Below, piece after piece: positions 1-9,831 of a DNA stretch of 64,000 bases (its first letter is position 1; each line of letters begins with the position of its first letter). The translations under genes and the position numbers were made by a program. Under the pieces are notes generated by a model. The model ran no database searches. It was not told where the DNA came from and worked only from the letters and a program-made list of their open reading frames with translations. The stretch is from a virus. Location: positions 1-64,000 of IMG/VR virus record IMGVR_UViG_3300022592_000003, one strand, 5' to 3'.

Positions 1-93
1 TGTTTTATGTCACAAAAGGTAAAATTGCCTAACGCCTCATGCCCACTACATAAATGGGGTCAAGTTAAAGTATCAATTACGGAAGAAGAATAG
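1..93 (+). CDS. 3' end of a Cys-containing small protein (partial)
   Basis: Frame 1 reads CFMSQKVKLPNASCPLHKWG...EEE*; truncated by the window edge. Confidence 0.6.
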   Translation, partial: CFMSQKVKLPNASCPLHKWGQVKVSITEEE

Positions 94-101
94 GAAACAA
101 A

Positions 102-368
102 ATGACAAATATGATCCAGCCACCTCACAAGATCGCATTCATTATTGATAATGAAGTAGTAGAAGTTCTTCACACTGAAGATCGCCTAGCAGCTATTCTT
201 CTCAGTAACCCTACAATCTTAGATGTTACTAACCAGGTTGTTACACAACAGCTTGAGATTGCCCCTGGACTTGTATACGATCTAGAAACAAATACTTTTT
301 CTTTGCCTAAGCCACCAGAGACAACACCGGTTGTAACACCAACCACTCAGTCACCAGTAACGGAGTAA
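102..368 (+). CDS. hypothetical protein
   Basis: ORF with AGGA RBS, tightly packed in the operon. Confidence 0.7.
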   Translation: MTNMIQPPHKIAFIIDNEVVEVLHTEDRLAAILLSNPTILDVTNQVVTQQLEIAPGLVYDLETNTFSLPKPPETTPVVTPTTQSPVTE

Positions 369-370
369 TC

Positions 371-964
371 ATGCGTGGAGACCAGAAAGAGGGCCGCTTT
401 AACGTTAACTACGAACGTGGTTCTTTTGTATCTGGTACCACTACTGAGCTAGTTCAGACTGTAGGTCAGTTTGTAGACTGGTGGATCTTTGATGCCCCCA
501 ATACAGATGTAGACCCAATCTATGATGTAGGTTCTTCAATCGTTGGTGGGGGACGTAAGTGGATGAGACCATTTACTATCCCAGTAATCAATGCCCACCT
601 AGAACAAGGCGCCACAGTACAAAGCGACCGTGGTTTCTATAACACTGATATTTTGACCATCACTGTCAACGTTGACGTTATTGAAAACCACCTTAACTTC
701 TACGGCGGAAATGCGGCTAACGCTAGGCAGATCTCTACTATTGAGACTAATCCAGACGCCTATCTTCGTGACCGTATCGTCTTTAGAGGAGAAGTATTCT
801 CTCCTACCCAAGTCTCACCCCACGGCATTATTAAGGGCAAATATACAACTCTTCAGATCTCCTGTGAACAGGTAAACGCTGAAGAGCTAGTGAATGACTC
901 ACAATTCCAGTCATTTGCTGGGTATAATCCGTTTGATGAATCTACCGCCCCTAAAGGAGTCTAA
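371..964 (+). CDS. putative head-closure/neck protein
   Basis: Position upstream of the tail genes, DPIYD motif, beta-rich character; inference. Confidence 0.5.
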   Translation: MRGDQKEGRFNVNYERGSFVSGTTTELVQTVGQFVDWWIFDAPNTDVDPIYDVGSSIVGGGRKWMRPFTIPVINAHLEQGATVQSDRGFYNTDILTITVNVDVIENHLNFYGGNAANARQISTIETNPDAYLRDRIVFRGEVFSPTQVSPHGIIKGKYTTLQISCEQVNAEELVNDSQFQSFAGYNPFDESTAPKGV

Positions 965-1239
965 TGTCTATATCCCATGCTCGTATTGCTGTTAATAGCA
1001 CTACCCCAGTAGCTATAACAAACTTGTCAGACACGTTTACCTCAGTAACTGTTCAGGTGCAGAACCTTGGTACAGGAGTTGCATATCTAGGGGGTGCCGA
1101 TGTTAGCGCAACATCCTACGGTGTAAGCATTGTTTCAGGTGGTGCAGTGACTGTTGATGATCTTCCTGCTTCTGATGAACTATACGTTATTCACCAAGAC
1201 ACCTCTGCATATGTAGCAGTACTGCGGGTGAGCCGATAA
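964..1239 (+). CDS. small beta-rich virion protein
   Basis: TAATG coupling; VQVQNLG..YLGG..V...YG pattern typical of small phage structural proteins. Confidence 0.6.
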   Translation: MSISHARIAVNSTTPVAITNLSDTFTSVTVQVQNLGTGVAYLGGADVSATSYGVSIVSGGAVTVDDLPASDELYVIHQDTSAYVAVLRVSR

Positions 1240-2531
1240 TGGCAAACATCCATTATTCCAACTCAGGCGGTGTAGGTCCACAGGGTTCTCCAGGACCACA
1301 AGGAAATCCAGGAGCCACTGGAGCAGCTGGAGCCACTGGCCCTAAAGGCGATAAAGGTGATACTGGAGCTCAAGGACCTAAAGGTGATACCGGAGCCACT
1401 GGGGCAGCAGGCACTAACGGCACTAATGGTACTAATGGTACTAATGGTGCAGCTGGCGCAACTGGTGCTACTGGACCACAAGGACCTAAAGGAGACAAAG
1501 GTGATACCGGAGCTCAGGGTTTTTCAGGGGCAAACGGAGCCACTGGCCCACAAGGACCGCAAGGTCCTGCAGGCGTAACAAATGTGCATGCCGCCGTTGT
1601 TGCAGCCACTACCGCACCATTAAGCGGTGTGTGGACTTACCATGCAGGTAGCGATGGATCTGATGGTGGAACTGGGCCAGGCGCTAATTTCACATCTACA
1701 ACTGTAGGAACTATTGGGCTTGATAGTCAAACACTCGCACAAAACGACCGCATACTTATTAAAAATCAAACAGACGCTAAGCAAAATGGCATTTATGTAG
1801 CAACTCGTATGGCTTCTGGTGTGACCCCTATTCTTACTCGTGCTACAGACTACGATAACAGCACAGTGGGTCAAGTAGCTCAAGGTGACCAAGTACTTGT
1901 TCTCAATGGAACCCTTAACGGAAACAAGACTTTCTTTGAAAGTTTAACTGGAACTATGTCCGATTACAGCATTAAGATTGGCACGGACAACATTGTCTTT
2001 GCTCAAGCAGCCAGCCTTAATAACATCTCTACGGATGTACTTCCTGCCCTAGATAACACCTACAATTTAGGTTCAGATGCCCTTCGCTGGAAGTCTGTAC
2101 ACATTGGACCTGGAACACTATTTATTACAGATCAAACCACAAATAACCCAGCTAGTTTGACGGTTAATAACTCCATTCTTAATATCAACGGTATCTCTAA
2201 CCTTAGCGCTCAATCAATTACTACAGGCGTTAGAACCACAACATCTAACACTGTACAAATTGACTACCTAACTGACTCTATTGTCTTTGTTAGCGTAGCT
2301 GGGGGAACCGTCACTTTTACTCACACTAACTACACTGCGGGTAAGGTAGTTAAGGTTATTGTTAACCGATATGCCTACACATCTGGGGCTCAAGATAACC
2401 ACGGAGTTGGCAGTACCCACGCTACCTCTGGAAACTCGTTTTTCTTGCCTACCCATAACACAGCAGAGTATGAGTTCACCTGCTTAGATGGAACTAATGC
2501 AAATGTATTTGTATCGGGAAAAATTAGCTAA
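1239..2531 (+). CDS. collagen-like (Gly-X-Y) fibre protein
   Basis: About 100 aa of GXY repeats, then a DRILIKNQT..QNGIYV...LTRATD fibre-type domain and a YNLGS...RWKSVH motif. Confidence 0.8.
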   Translation: MANIHYSNSGGVGPQGSPGPQGNPGATGAAGATGPKGDKGDTGAQGPKGDTGATGAAGTNGTNGTNGTNGAAGATGATGPQGPKGDKGDTGAQGFSGANGATGPQGPQGPAGVTNVHAAVVAATTAPLSGVWTYHAGSDGSDGGTGPGANFTSTTVGTIGLDSQTLAQNDRILIKNQTDAKQNGIYVATRMASGVTPILTRATDYDNSTVGQVAQGDQVLVLNGTLNGNKTFFESLTGTMSDYSIKIGTDNIVFAQAASLNNISTDVLPALDNTYNLGSDALRWKSVHIGPGTLFITDQTTNNPASLTVNNSILNINGISNLSAQSITTGVRTTTSNTVQIDYLTDSIVFVSVAGGTVTFTHTNYTAGKVVKVIVNRYAYTSGAQDNHGVGSTHATSGNSFFLPTHNTAEYEFTCLDGTNANVFVSGKIS

Positions 2532-2674
2532 TGCCTTTTAAATCTCAAGCTCAACGCCGTGCCCTGTATGCTAAAGACCCTAAGTTAGCTGCGGAGTTTG
2601 AGGCTAAAACCCCTAAGGGAAAGAAACTCCCAGAAAAGGTGAAGAAAACAAATGGCAACAAAAAAAGCAAGTAA
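2531..2674 (+). CDS. 47-aa Lys-rich protein (not in ORF track)
   Basis: MPFKSQAQRRALYAKDPKLAAEFEAKTPKGKKLPEKVKK...*, TAATG-coupled to the upstream gene. Confidence 0.75.
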   Translation: MPFKSQAQRRALYAKDPKLAAEFEAKTPKGKKLPEKVKKTNGNKKSK

Positions 2675-2822
2675 GAAACACCCAGGCTTTGAAAAGGCTT
2701 CTGAGAAGATTGCTAAAAAGGAAGGCGTCTCGAAAGAGTCAGCCGACGCTATTTTGGCAGCATCTTCACGAGGAGCTTCAAAGAGCGCCAAGAAGAAAAA
2801 CCCACGACTAAAGAAGGTATAA
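2652..2822 (+). CDS. 56-aa Lys/Ala-rich protein (not in ORF track)
   Basis: MATKKASKKHPGFEKASEKIAKKEGVS...KKKNPRLKKV*. Confidence 0.75.
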   Translation: MATKKASKKHPGFEKASEKIAKKEGVSKESADAILAASSRGASKSAKKKNPRLKKV

Positions 2823-2823
2823 T

Positions 2824-2904
2824 ATGTGCAAATCATGCGGATGCGGATGCTCTAAGCCTAACTGCAAGGGCGCCTGCAAAAAGAAAAAAGGCGGTAAGAA
2901 GTAA
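2824..2904 (+). CDS. 26-aa Cys/Lys-rich micropeptide (not in ORF track)
   Basis: MCKSCGCGCSKPNCKGACKKKKGGKK*; AAGAAGG RBS; TAATG-coupled to the next ORF. Confidence 0.65.
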   Translation: MCKSCGCGCSKPNCKGACKKKKGGKK

Positions 2905-3104
2905 TGGCTAAGTCAGATAAAGAACAAGACGCAAAGCTTAAGAAGAAGATGACCCCAGCTCAGAAGAAGAAGTTTGACGCTGCGGACAAGGAGATGGACA
3001 AGACCAAACCTACTCGTAAAGAAGACGAAAAGATGGACAAGGCTTTGGCCGAGAAGATCACCAAAAAGTCTCCGGCTAAGAAGAAGGCCGACAAAAAGAA
3101 ATAA
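2904..3104 (+). CDS. Lys-rich small protein
   Basis: ORF ends ...KKSPAKKKADKKK. Confidence 0.75.
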   Translation: MAKSDKEQDAKLKKKMTPAQKKKFDAADKEMDKTKPTRKEDEKMDKALAEKITKKSPAKKKADKKK

Positions 3105-3109
3105 GCTTT

Positions 3110-3132
3110 AGAGCCCCGAAAGGGGCTCTTTT
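3110..3132 (+). terminator. intrinsic terminator
   Basis: AGAGCCCC-GAAA-GGGGCTCT followed by T-rich tail. Confidence 0.85.
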
Positions 3133-3207
3133 GCTTTATTATTGCTGTTGACGCCGGAGGAATCCGGAACCCTGCTGCTTTACCTTGCGCCTTCCTATGG
3201 AGGAAAT

Positions 3208-3369
3208 ATGATTTATCTAGCTAAAAGGCTTGGTCGTGAAGAGACCGACGCCGATAAAGAAGAGTTCATTCGTGGTGCAGTTGGACTGAACCGTAATGGC
3301 GAGAAGCAAGCCGCCGTTGGTTTTGTTGCAGGATATCTGCTAACGAGTTGGCTCCGTAACCGTGGCTAG
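3208..3369 (+). CDS. small protein with hydrophobic C-terminus
   Basis: GGAGG RBS before ATG 3208 (a better start than 3142). Confidence 0.65.
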   Translation: MIYLAKRLGREETDADKEEFIRGAVGLNRNGEKQAAVGFVAGYLLTSWLRNRG

Positions 3370-3631
3370 CATAAAGCAAACACTTAACAAGGTTATTCAG
3401 GCAGCAGAAAAGCAGCTAACAGAAGAGTATACATCTAGGCTTCGTAGCCATGCCCAGAGCTATGGTTGGCCTTCAGATCTTACTGATAGCCTACGCATTG
3501 ATTACGAAAACGGTAATCACACTATTAAGTATCCCTCTGAAGTAGAGGATCAAATTCTTACCTTAGAGTACGGGACTCAACACGTACCTCCCATGCCTGC
3601 TATGAGAACCTTCATGTTAGGAAACGCATAA
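3362..3631 (+). CDS. putative neck/tail-completion protein
   Basis: LEYGT...P.P.MR motif typical of HK97 gp10-like/neck proteins; position. Confidence 0.55.
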   Translation: MASIKQTLNKVIQAAEKQLTEEYTSRLRSHAQSYGWPSDLTDSLRIDYENGNHTIKYPSEVEDQILTLEYGTQHVPPMPAMRTFMLGNA

Positions 3632-4224
3632 TGCCATTTCTACTTAATGAAGACGCAGCCCTTAAGACCTTGCTTCAAGGCTTGACGGTATCAGATGGCG
3701 GAAACTCATCTAGGCCTGTTGCGGTCTACTACGGCCAACCAGATAAAGATATTCGTACACAGAGCTACCCATATATCACCTTAGATCTAGTAGGTGTTCG
3801 TGAGGATGTAGAGCGTGCCCACCGTGGCATCATTCAAACAACCTATACCCCTGAAGGTGCAGATAGCGCCAAAAGCTACACCACAGATTTTCCTATCCCG
3901 GTAGATTTGATCTACCAGGTATCTACTTGGTCTCGTCAGCCCCGTCACGATCGTCAGATCATGGCCCAGCTGTTTTCTCCTGGTAGACTACCACTTAGGT
4001 TTGGTCAACTTCCTATTCCAGAAGACGGTACTAATCGTCGTGTGGATATGTTGGGGTTCTCCAAAAGAGATACGACTGAGGGCGGAAAACGTCTCTTTAG
4101 TAATGTCTACAATATCCGAGTAAGTTCTGAGCTATTCCCTAGCCAGCTTGCTGAAGTACATCAAGTAACCCAAGACCCTAACATCTCGCTTAATAGTCAA
4201 AACACCCCATTCACTACAAACTGA
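3631..4224 (+). CDS. tail terminator/completion protein
   Basis: YPYITL and PVDLIYQV motifs; directly before the sheath gene. Confidence 0.65.
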   Translation: MPFLLNEDAALKTLLQGLTVSDGGNSSRPVAVYYGQPDKDIRTQSYPYITLDLVGVREDVERAHRGIIQTTYTPEGADSAKSYTTDFPIPVDLIYQVSTWSRQPRHDRQIMAQLFSPGRLPLRFGQLPIPEDGTNRRVDMLGFSKRDTTEGGKRLFSNVYNIRVSSELFPSQLAEVHQVTQDPNISLNSQNTPFTTN

Positions 4225-4274
4225 TTACAATACCGAAACTAAGAAAATAACCTAACCCTAAAGGAGTAACCCGA

Positions 4275-6047
4275 ATGGCTACATTTAGTCGCCCCGGAGT
4301 CTATGTCCAAGAAGTTGCACTGCCACAAGCAGTTGCGATTGCAGATACCAGCAGTGCTGTTGGTGCTTTTGCAGGCGCACTGCCTAAAGGCTCTATCGTC
4401 TCCCCAGTAAAAGTAAGCACCTGGAGCGACTTTACCAACACCTTCGGTGGACTTTCAGATCTCTACCCAACAACATGGGCTGCCTATAACTTTTTTGCTA
4501 ATGGTGGACGTGACCTATACGTCAAGCGTGTAGTAGGCTCAGGCGCTACTGCTGCATCAACCATTATCAATGATGGCTCAGGCACCACAACTACAGCTAC
4601 TGTAACTGCTGCATCTGCAACAGGCGGAGTTGTAACATACACAGCTACTAATACATTTACTGTAGGACAGACCGTATCTATTACTGGCCTATCTACAGCA
4701 GCATTTAACCTCTCAAACGTGATCATTGCTACTCGTAGCTCTAGCCAGTTTACAGTTGCAAATGCCGCTACAGGTACCGCTGTTACTGGAGCTTCTGCTA
4801 CAGCAACGGCTACAACTGGTTCAAACCCGGTATTCACAATTAACAGCTCTAACCCAGGAATCTGGGGAAATGCCTACTCAGTTCAGATTGTTGCAGCTGG
4901 AACAGCCTCACGCTTTGGCTTGAATGTTTACCAGGCTGTAACAACAAACGGTACTTCTACCAATACTTTGGTAGAAACCTATAACGACCTAAGCATGTCG
5001 CCTACAGATAAGAACTATGTTCTTTCAGTAATCAACTCAGCAAATGGAAGCTCTATTAAGATTCTTTCAGCTGGTATTGATAACACAAAGACACCTGCAG
5101 TTCTACAGAGCCAGGTCCCACTAATCGGTGGTACAGACGGCGCTGCAGTTGCTCGTACAGATCTCAGCACAGCCTGGACATCCTTTGACGTTATCCCTAA
5201 CCCACTGGTTGTCTACGCACCTGATGCACCATACGCATCAACAGCTACTCTTACAGCTCAGATTCACGGCGATGCAGTAACTTATGCAGCTAGCCGTCCA
5301 GATGCTTTTGCTGTAATTGATACTCCATCAGGAATGACAGTTTCTGCAGCACAGGCTCAGATCGCCGCAACAAAGGCTATCTTCTCTGCTTCAACAACTG
5401 GAAACATTGCTGCTGCATACTTCCCATGGGTAAACATCCCAGACGCAACCAAGTCAATTGGTGCTACTCGTCTACAGGCTCCAGGCGCTGGTGTAGTAGG
5501 TACATACCTAGCTACAGATGCATCTCGTGGTCCTGCAAAGACTCCAGCCGGTCTTAACACTAAGGTTGCTCTTGCAGTCTCTACCGAGCTTGCATTCTCT
5601 AACGCTGACTTGGATAGCCTCAACACAGGCGTAAACCCAATCAACGCTATCCGTCCTATCCCAGGCGCTAACATCGTTATCATGGGTGGACGTACTCTGG
5701 ATAACACCCCAGACAATCGTTATATCAATATCCGCCGCTCTTTGATCTACATCGAGAAGCAGATCGCAAACCTTACACAGTTTGCAGTATTTGAGAATAA
5801 CGACTCACGTCTATGGCTACAGATCCGTACCTCAATCAACTCCTTCTTGCTTTCATACTGGCAGGCAGGCGGCCTTCGTGGTTCAAATCCAAGCCAAGCT
5901 TTCTACGTGAACTGCGATGATACTACTACTGACTTTACCGACATTCAAGCCGGTATCGTTAATGTTGTAGTCGGTGTCGCTCTTGAATACCCAGCAGAGT
6001 TCGTTGTCATCAAGCTTGGACAACTAACCGGAAACGCATCAGCGTAA
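4275..6047 (+). CDS. tail sheath protein
   Basis: RPGVYVQEV N-terminus, FFANGG, GGRTL...RYINIRR, VFENND, PAEFVVI. Confidence 0.95.
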   Translation: MATFSRPGVYVQEVALPQAVAIADTSSAVGAFAGALPKGSIVSPVKVSTWSDFTNTFGGLSDLYPTTWAAYNFFANGGRDLYVKRVVGSGATAASTIINDGSGTTTTATVTAASATGGVVTYTATNTFTVGQTVSITGLSTAAFNLSNVIIATRSSSQFTVANAATGTAVTGASATATATTGSNPVFTINSSNPGIWGNAYSVQIVAAGTASRFGLNVYQAVTTNGTSTNTLVETYNDLSMSPTDKNYVLSVINSANGSSIKILSAGIDNTKTPAVLQSQVPLIGGTDGAAVARTDLSTAWTSFDVIPNPLVVYAPDAPYASTATLTAQIHGDAVTYAASRPDAFAVIDTPSGMTVSAAQAQIAATKAIFSASTTGNIAAAYFPWVNIPDATKSIGATRLQAPGAGVVGTYLATDASRGPAKTPAGLNTKVALAVSTELAFSNADLDSLNTGVNPINAIRPIPGANIVIMGGRTLDNTPDNRYINIRRSLIYIEKQIANLTQFAVFENNDSRLWLQIRTSINSFLLSYWQAGGLRGSNPSQAFYVNCDDTTTDFTDIQAGIVNVVVGVALEYPAEFVVIKLGQLTGNASA

Positions 6048-6061
6048 AGGAGATATAGAAA

Positions 6062-6688
6062 ATGGCATCACCAACAACCAATCAACTTAGTAATCTATTA
6101 ACTGATCCAGTACGTAACTTTAAGTTCCTAGTAACTTTTAGCCCAGTTGATGGAGATAAGGATAGTCACTGGGGTAGCAACTTTGGTCAGATGGGATTCG
6201 TATCTCTTTCCGGCTTGAGCGTTACCACAGAACCAATCGCTTACCGTGAAGGTGGTTACAACACCAACGTTCACCAGATTCCAGGACAGTCTGCGTTCAC
6301 CCCACTCAGCCTCTCAAAGGGCGTAATGTTGGGTCAGCCAGATAACTCACTCTGGATGAAGCGTTTGTTTACTGTACTAACCCCAAGCTTGAGCACAGGC
6401 GTTGGAGCGGCTTTCCGTTGCAACCTTGAGATTCAGGTACTCTCACATCCAAATCCACAGGCCGGTACCGGTTCTGATGGAGCTCAGGCTACTGATCCGT
6501 ACAAGCAACACACATCACTTCGCTTCAAGGTGTATAATGCTTGGATTAGCTCACTTGCCTACAGCAACCTTGACGCAGGATCTAACACCCTTATGGTGGA
6601 GGAAATGACCTTTGTTCATGAAGGCTTTGACGTACACTACGGAACTAACTACACAGCAGCTGGTTCTGCGTCACCATTCACACTCTAA
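6062..6688 (+). CDS. tail tube protein (T4 gp19-like)
   Basis: DPVRNFKF, YREGG, NAW, VEEMTFVHEG; follows the sheath gene. Confidence 0.92.
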   Translation: MASPTTNQLSNLLTDPVRNFKFLVTFSPVDGDKDSHWGSNFGQMGFVSLSGLSVTTEPIAYREGGYNTNVHQIPGQSAFTPLSLSKGVMLGQPDNSLWMKRLFTVLTPSLSTGVGAAFRCNLEIQVLSHPNPQAGTGSDGAQATDPYKQHTSLRFKVYNAWISSLAYSNLDAGSNTLMVEEMTFVHEGFDVHYGTNYTAAGSASPFTL

Positions 6689-6709
6689 TAAACTAAAAAG
6701 GAATAAGAT

Positions 6710-7531
6710 ATGGCTAACGATACGACTATTAATGCGGGACAAAATCCGGACCTAGCTAACAAGCTAGCCGCAGAAGCAATGAACGTCTCTGGCCAGGAAG
6801 TGGCTACTGGAAACCCTAAGCCTCCAGTTACGCCACCTCCTGGTACAGACGTTGAACTACTAGGTGGGTTGCTAGACCCATTTACAGGCCTAATCTCTAC
6901 AGCTGAGATTAGGGAACTTACTGGCTTAGATGAAGAAGCAGTCTCTAAGATCAGTGATCCAGGCAAGGCTCTTCTCAACATCCTAGAGCGTGCCACAGTA
7001 AAGATCGGAAATGAGCCGGCAACTCCAGAGCTTTTAGACGCTTTATATGCCGGAGACCGAGAGCTGCTACTCCTAGCTATTAGGAATGCAACCTTTGGTG
7101 CAGAGGTAAAGCTTGGGCCAGCAAACTGCCCTAAGTGTGATTTTGAACAGATTTATGAAATTGATTTAAGCAAGGATGTCCCACTCAAGAAGCTTGATGG
7201 GGACCGAGAATTTACTGTTAACTGCAAGGTTGGAGAGGTTGTCATTACCCTGCCTACTGGTATTACCCAGAAAGCATTTGTAACGTCTACCAACAAAACC
7301 AGCGCAGAGTTAGATACAATTCTTTTGAAGAACTGCATCAAGTCTATTAACGGCGCCCCCGTCATTAGCGTAGAGACCGTAAGGTCTTTAGGCATAAGGG
7401 ACCGCCGAGACATCTTGCAGGAGATTACAAACCGCAACCCAGGTCCACAACTCAACGAAATTAAAACTACATGTCAGTCTTGCGGGTCGGAGGTTCCGCT
7501 GCCACTTACGTTGGCGGATCTCTTTCGATAG
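6710..7531 (+). CDS. tail/baseplate assembly chaperone (T4 gp26-like, CxxC pairs)
   Basis: RELTGLDEE, GDRELLLLAIR, CPKC...CQSC; lies between tube and tape measure. Confidence 0.75.
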   Translation: MANDTTINAGQNPDLANKLAAEAMNVSGQEVATGNPKPPVTPPPGTDVELLGGLLDPFTGLISTAEIRELTGLDEEAVSKISDPGKALLNILERATVKIGNEPATPELLDALYAGDRELLLLAIRNATFGAEVKLGPANCPKCDFEQIYEIDLSKDVPLKKLDGDREFTVNCKVGEVVITLPTGITQKAFVTSTNKTSAELDTILLKNCIKSINGAPVISVETVRSLGIRDRRDILQEITNRNPGPQLNEIKTTCQSCGSEVPLPLTLADLFR

Positions 7532-7676
7532 CGAGATTGATTACGAAACCCTACTAGAGGTACAAGACTTATTAAGTCAACAGTACCCGGGGTGGTCGTT
7601 AAATGAGTTACGTTCTCTTAGTCCAAGAGAGCGAATGAACTGGTTAAATAAGGCACTATATAGAGTAAGGCGGTGA
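7524..7676 (+). CDS. start-less chaperone extension, probably reached by +1 frameshift
   Basis: FDSEIDYETLLEVQDLLSQQYPGWSLNELRSLSPRERMNWLNKALYRVRR*; no ATG/GTG/TTG between the in-frame stop at 7395 and the conserved W motif. Confidence 0.7.
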   Translation, partial: FDSEIDYETLLEVQDLLSQQYPGWSLNELRSLSPRERMNWLNKALYRVRR

Positions 7677-7680
7677 GTAA

Positions 7681-9831
7681 ATGGCAGGATCAGTAGGCAA
7701 TAACTTAGTAAACTCTTCAGATTCCCCAGAAGGTTTTGCATCAGTAGGGAAAGATTCTGCCTTTGAAGACATGCCTAAAGAACTTCTTAAGCTATTTAAA
7801 GAAGTTGAAAAGGTTGTTGACCGCATCTCTAAGAACTGGGCAAATACTTCTCAGGATATAAAGAAGACTGCTGGCTCTATTGGGTCAGATCAACCAGGTT
7901 CTGGACGTCTAGGTTTAGGATCATTTAGCAAAACAGAAAAAGCTGTTGGCATAGGTCTTGGTCTTGCAGCTGTAGGTTCTACCGCCATGTCTATGGCTCC
8001 AGATACTATGGCTGCAGTAACCCAGCGTATGGGTGCAGATACCTTTGCTGGTGTCAGCGGCATGAGTTCTCGCCAAGCTATTCTTCAAGCTAACCGTCAA
8101 GTAGGCGGTGGAGCTACCAGCGCTATGGGTCCAACCATGGCTGCTATGAATCTTTATTCAAGCGGTTATACTGCTAACTCTCTAAGTTCAAAGAACATTA
8201 TGAGTCAGCTTGGTGGCCTTAGTGCTATTACCGGCATGAGCAACGAACAAGCTGCCTCAAGTATGGCAAACATGAATGGTATGAGCTTTTTACGTGCCGG
8301 AATTCGTGTTCGTGATTCCAACGGAAACCTTCGTCCACCTAATCAATTAATTAATGAAGTTTATAACTTCTTGTATCGTGGTCGTCCTGTAACAAAGGAA
8401 CAAGCTGCCCTTGTAATGAACCCTGGCAGCAAGGGATATTCAACCCTTATGCAAATTACCGGTGGAGATACTGCACTGATGCAAACTCTTCAGTCAGGTA
8501 TTATGGCCCGTGCTTCTAACGGTAAGGGTCTTTCAGCATCACAAATGTCTGACCCAAACCAGATGTTAAATACTTTAGGTGTAGATCAAAGCAGTCCTAT
8601 TCGTGCAAACTTCCGGTATAACTCTAGCGAAAATAGTAAGCTAGCATCAACAGAGCAGGGTTTAGTTGGGGGCTATGACTCTAGTTTACGTACCGCATCA
8701 TCTCTTAATGATGCATATAGCAAAATGGCTAATCTTCTTGGACCTGTTAATCAAGGTTTAATGACTCTTAAAGGCATTCTTCAAACATTTCCTAATGCCG
8801 GTGGTATGGGCGGAACAGTTTCTAAAGTAGGCAGTACTGCTTTAGGCATAGGTTCAAATGTTCTTCAATACAAGATGATGAGTAAGTTTTTAAGCGGGGC
8901 TAAAAGTGGTGGGCCTTCGCTTTTGGGTAGACTAGGATCTTTCTTTAAAGGCCCTACGGGGGAAGAACTGCTAGCTATGGCAGAATCTGTAGGAGGTCCT
9001 ACCGATCACGGTAACTTAGGTACAGGTGCTTCTGGTGGATCACACCCAATGTCTTTTGCTAGCCCTGTTCCAAGAGGAACAACTATTACCTCTCCATTTG
9101 GACATCGCACATCTCCAGGTGGTAAAGGATCTACAGACCATAAAGGTATTGACTTTGGTACACCCGTAGGAAGTGCCCTTACCGCAATTACTAATGGACA
9201 CATTAGCTCTATCGGTAATGAAGCCATGGGTTATGGTAACTGGGTTGAAGTTCAACACGCTGATGGAACCAAGTCACGCTACGCACACATGTCCCAGATA
9301 AATGTATCTAGAGGACAAAAGGTTCGCCCTGGAGATATCATTGGACGATCTGGTGGTAAAGCTGGTGCACCAGGAGCAGGTAACTCTACTGGACCTCACC
9401 TTCACTTTGAACTTCTTAATGATAAGGGTGTAAAGATTAACCCAGCGCAGTACCTAAGCGGTGCTCCTGCATCCCCAATCAATGGTCATTCATCACCTAC
9501 AATAGGTCCTAAGGCTATCTCTGGACAATCTATGTCCGTAGTTAAGAAGTCAAACTATCCTGCAGTAGCAGGCACTGCTGATATATCTAGCCCAAGCTTA
9601 AGCTCGACACTAAGTACTCTTGGCCCTAATGAAGATGTTGGTGGTCCTATTGAAGGTATGAATGTAGGGCATAGCATGGGCGCTAACGGATCTAGATCTG
9701 CAGTTATTAATGTTAATATGAAGGTCTATATTCAACAGGGTTCAGTAGCAGAAGCAGAGCGCTTAGTTAAGGTATTTGGAGACAGATTGAAAACAAGTAA
9801 CGTTCTAGACACACTTGCGAGGTCATTGTAA
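7681..9831 (+). CDS. tape measure protein with M23 peptidase domain
   Basis: Ala/Gly/Met-rich helical N-terminus; ITSPFG, HKGID, YAHM, GNSTGPHLHFE. Confidence 0.9.
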   Translation: MAGSVGNNLVNSSDSPEGFASVGKDSAFEDMPKELLKLFKEVEKVVDRISKNWANTSQDIKKTAGSIGSDQPGSGRLGLGSFSKTEKAVGIGLGLAAVGSTAMSMAPDTMAAVTQRMGADTFAGVSGMSSRQAILQANRQVGGGATSAMGPTMAAMNLYSSGYTANSLSSKNIMSQLGGLSAITGMSNEQAASSMANMNGMSFLRAGIRVRDSNGNLRPPNQLINEVYNFLYRGRPVTKEQAALVMNPGSKGYSTLMQITGGDTALMQTLQSGIMARASNGKGLSASQMSDPNQMLNTLGVDQSSPIRANFRYNSSENSKLASTEQGLVGGYDSSLRTASSLNDAYSKMANLLGPVNQGLMTLKGILQTFPNAGGMGGTVSKVGSTALGIGSNVLQYKMMSKFLSGAKSGGPSLLGRLGSFFKGPTGEELLAMAESVGGPTDHGNLGTGASGGSHPMSFASPVPRGTTITSPFGHRTSPGGKGSTDHKGIDFGTPVGSALTAITNGHISSIGNEAMGYGNWVEVQHADGTKSRYAHMSQINVSRGQKVRPGDIIGRSGGKAGAPGAGNSTGPHLHFELLNDKGVKINPAQYLSGAPASPINGHSSPTIGPKAISGQSMSVVKKSNYPAVAGTADISSPSLSSTLSTLGPNEDVGGPIEGMNVGHSMGANGSRSAVINVNMKVYIQQGSVAEAERLVKVFGDRLKTSNVLDTLARSL

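Noticed and set aside
1270-1575. Tandem DNA repeats (ggtactaat and similar) as an array or CRISPR
   Set aside because: Explained by collagen Gly-X-Y coding; no repeat-spacer structure
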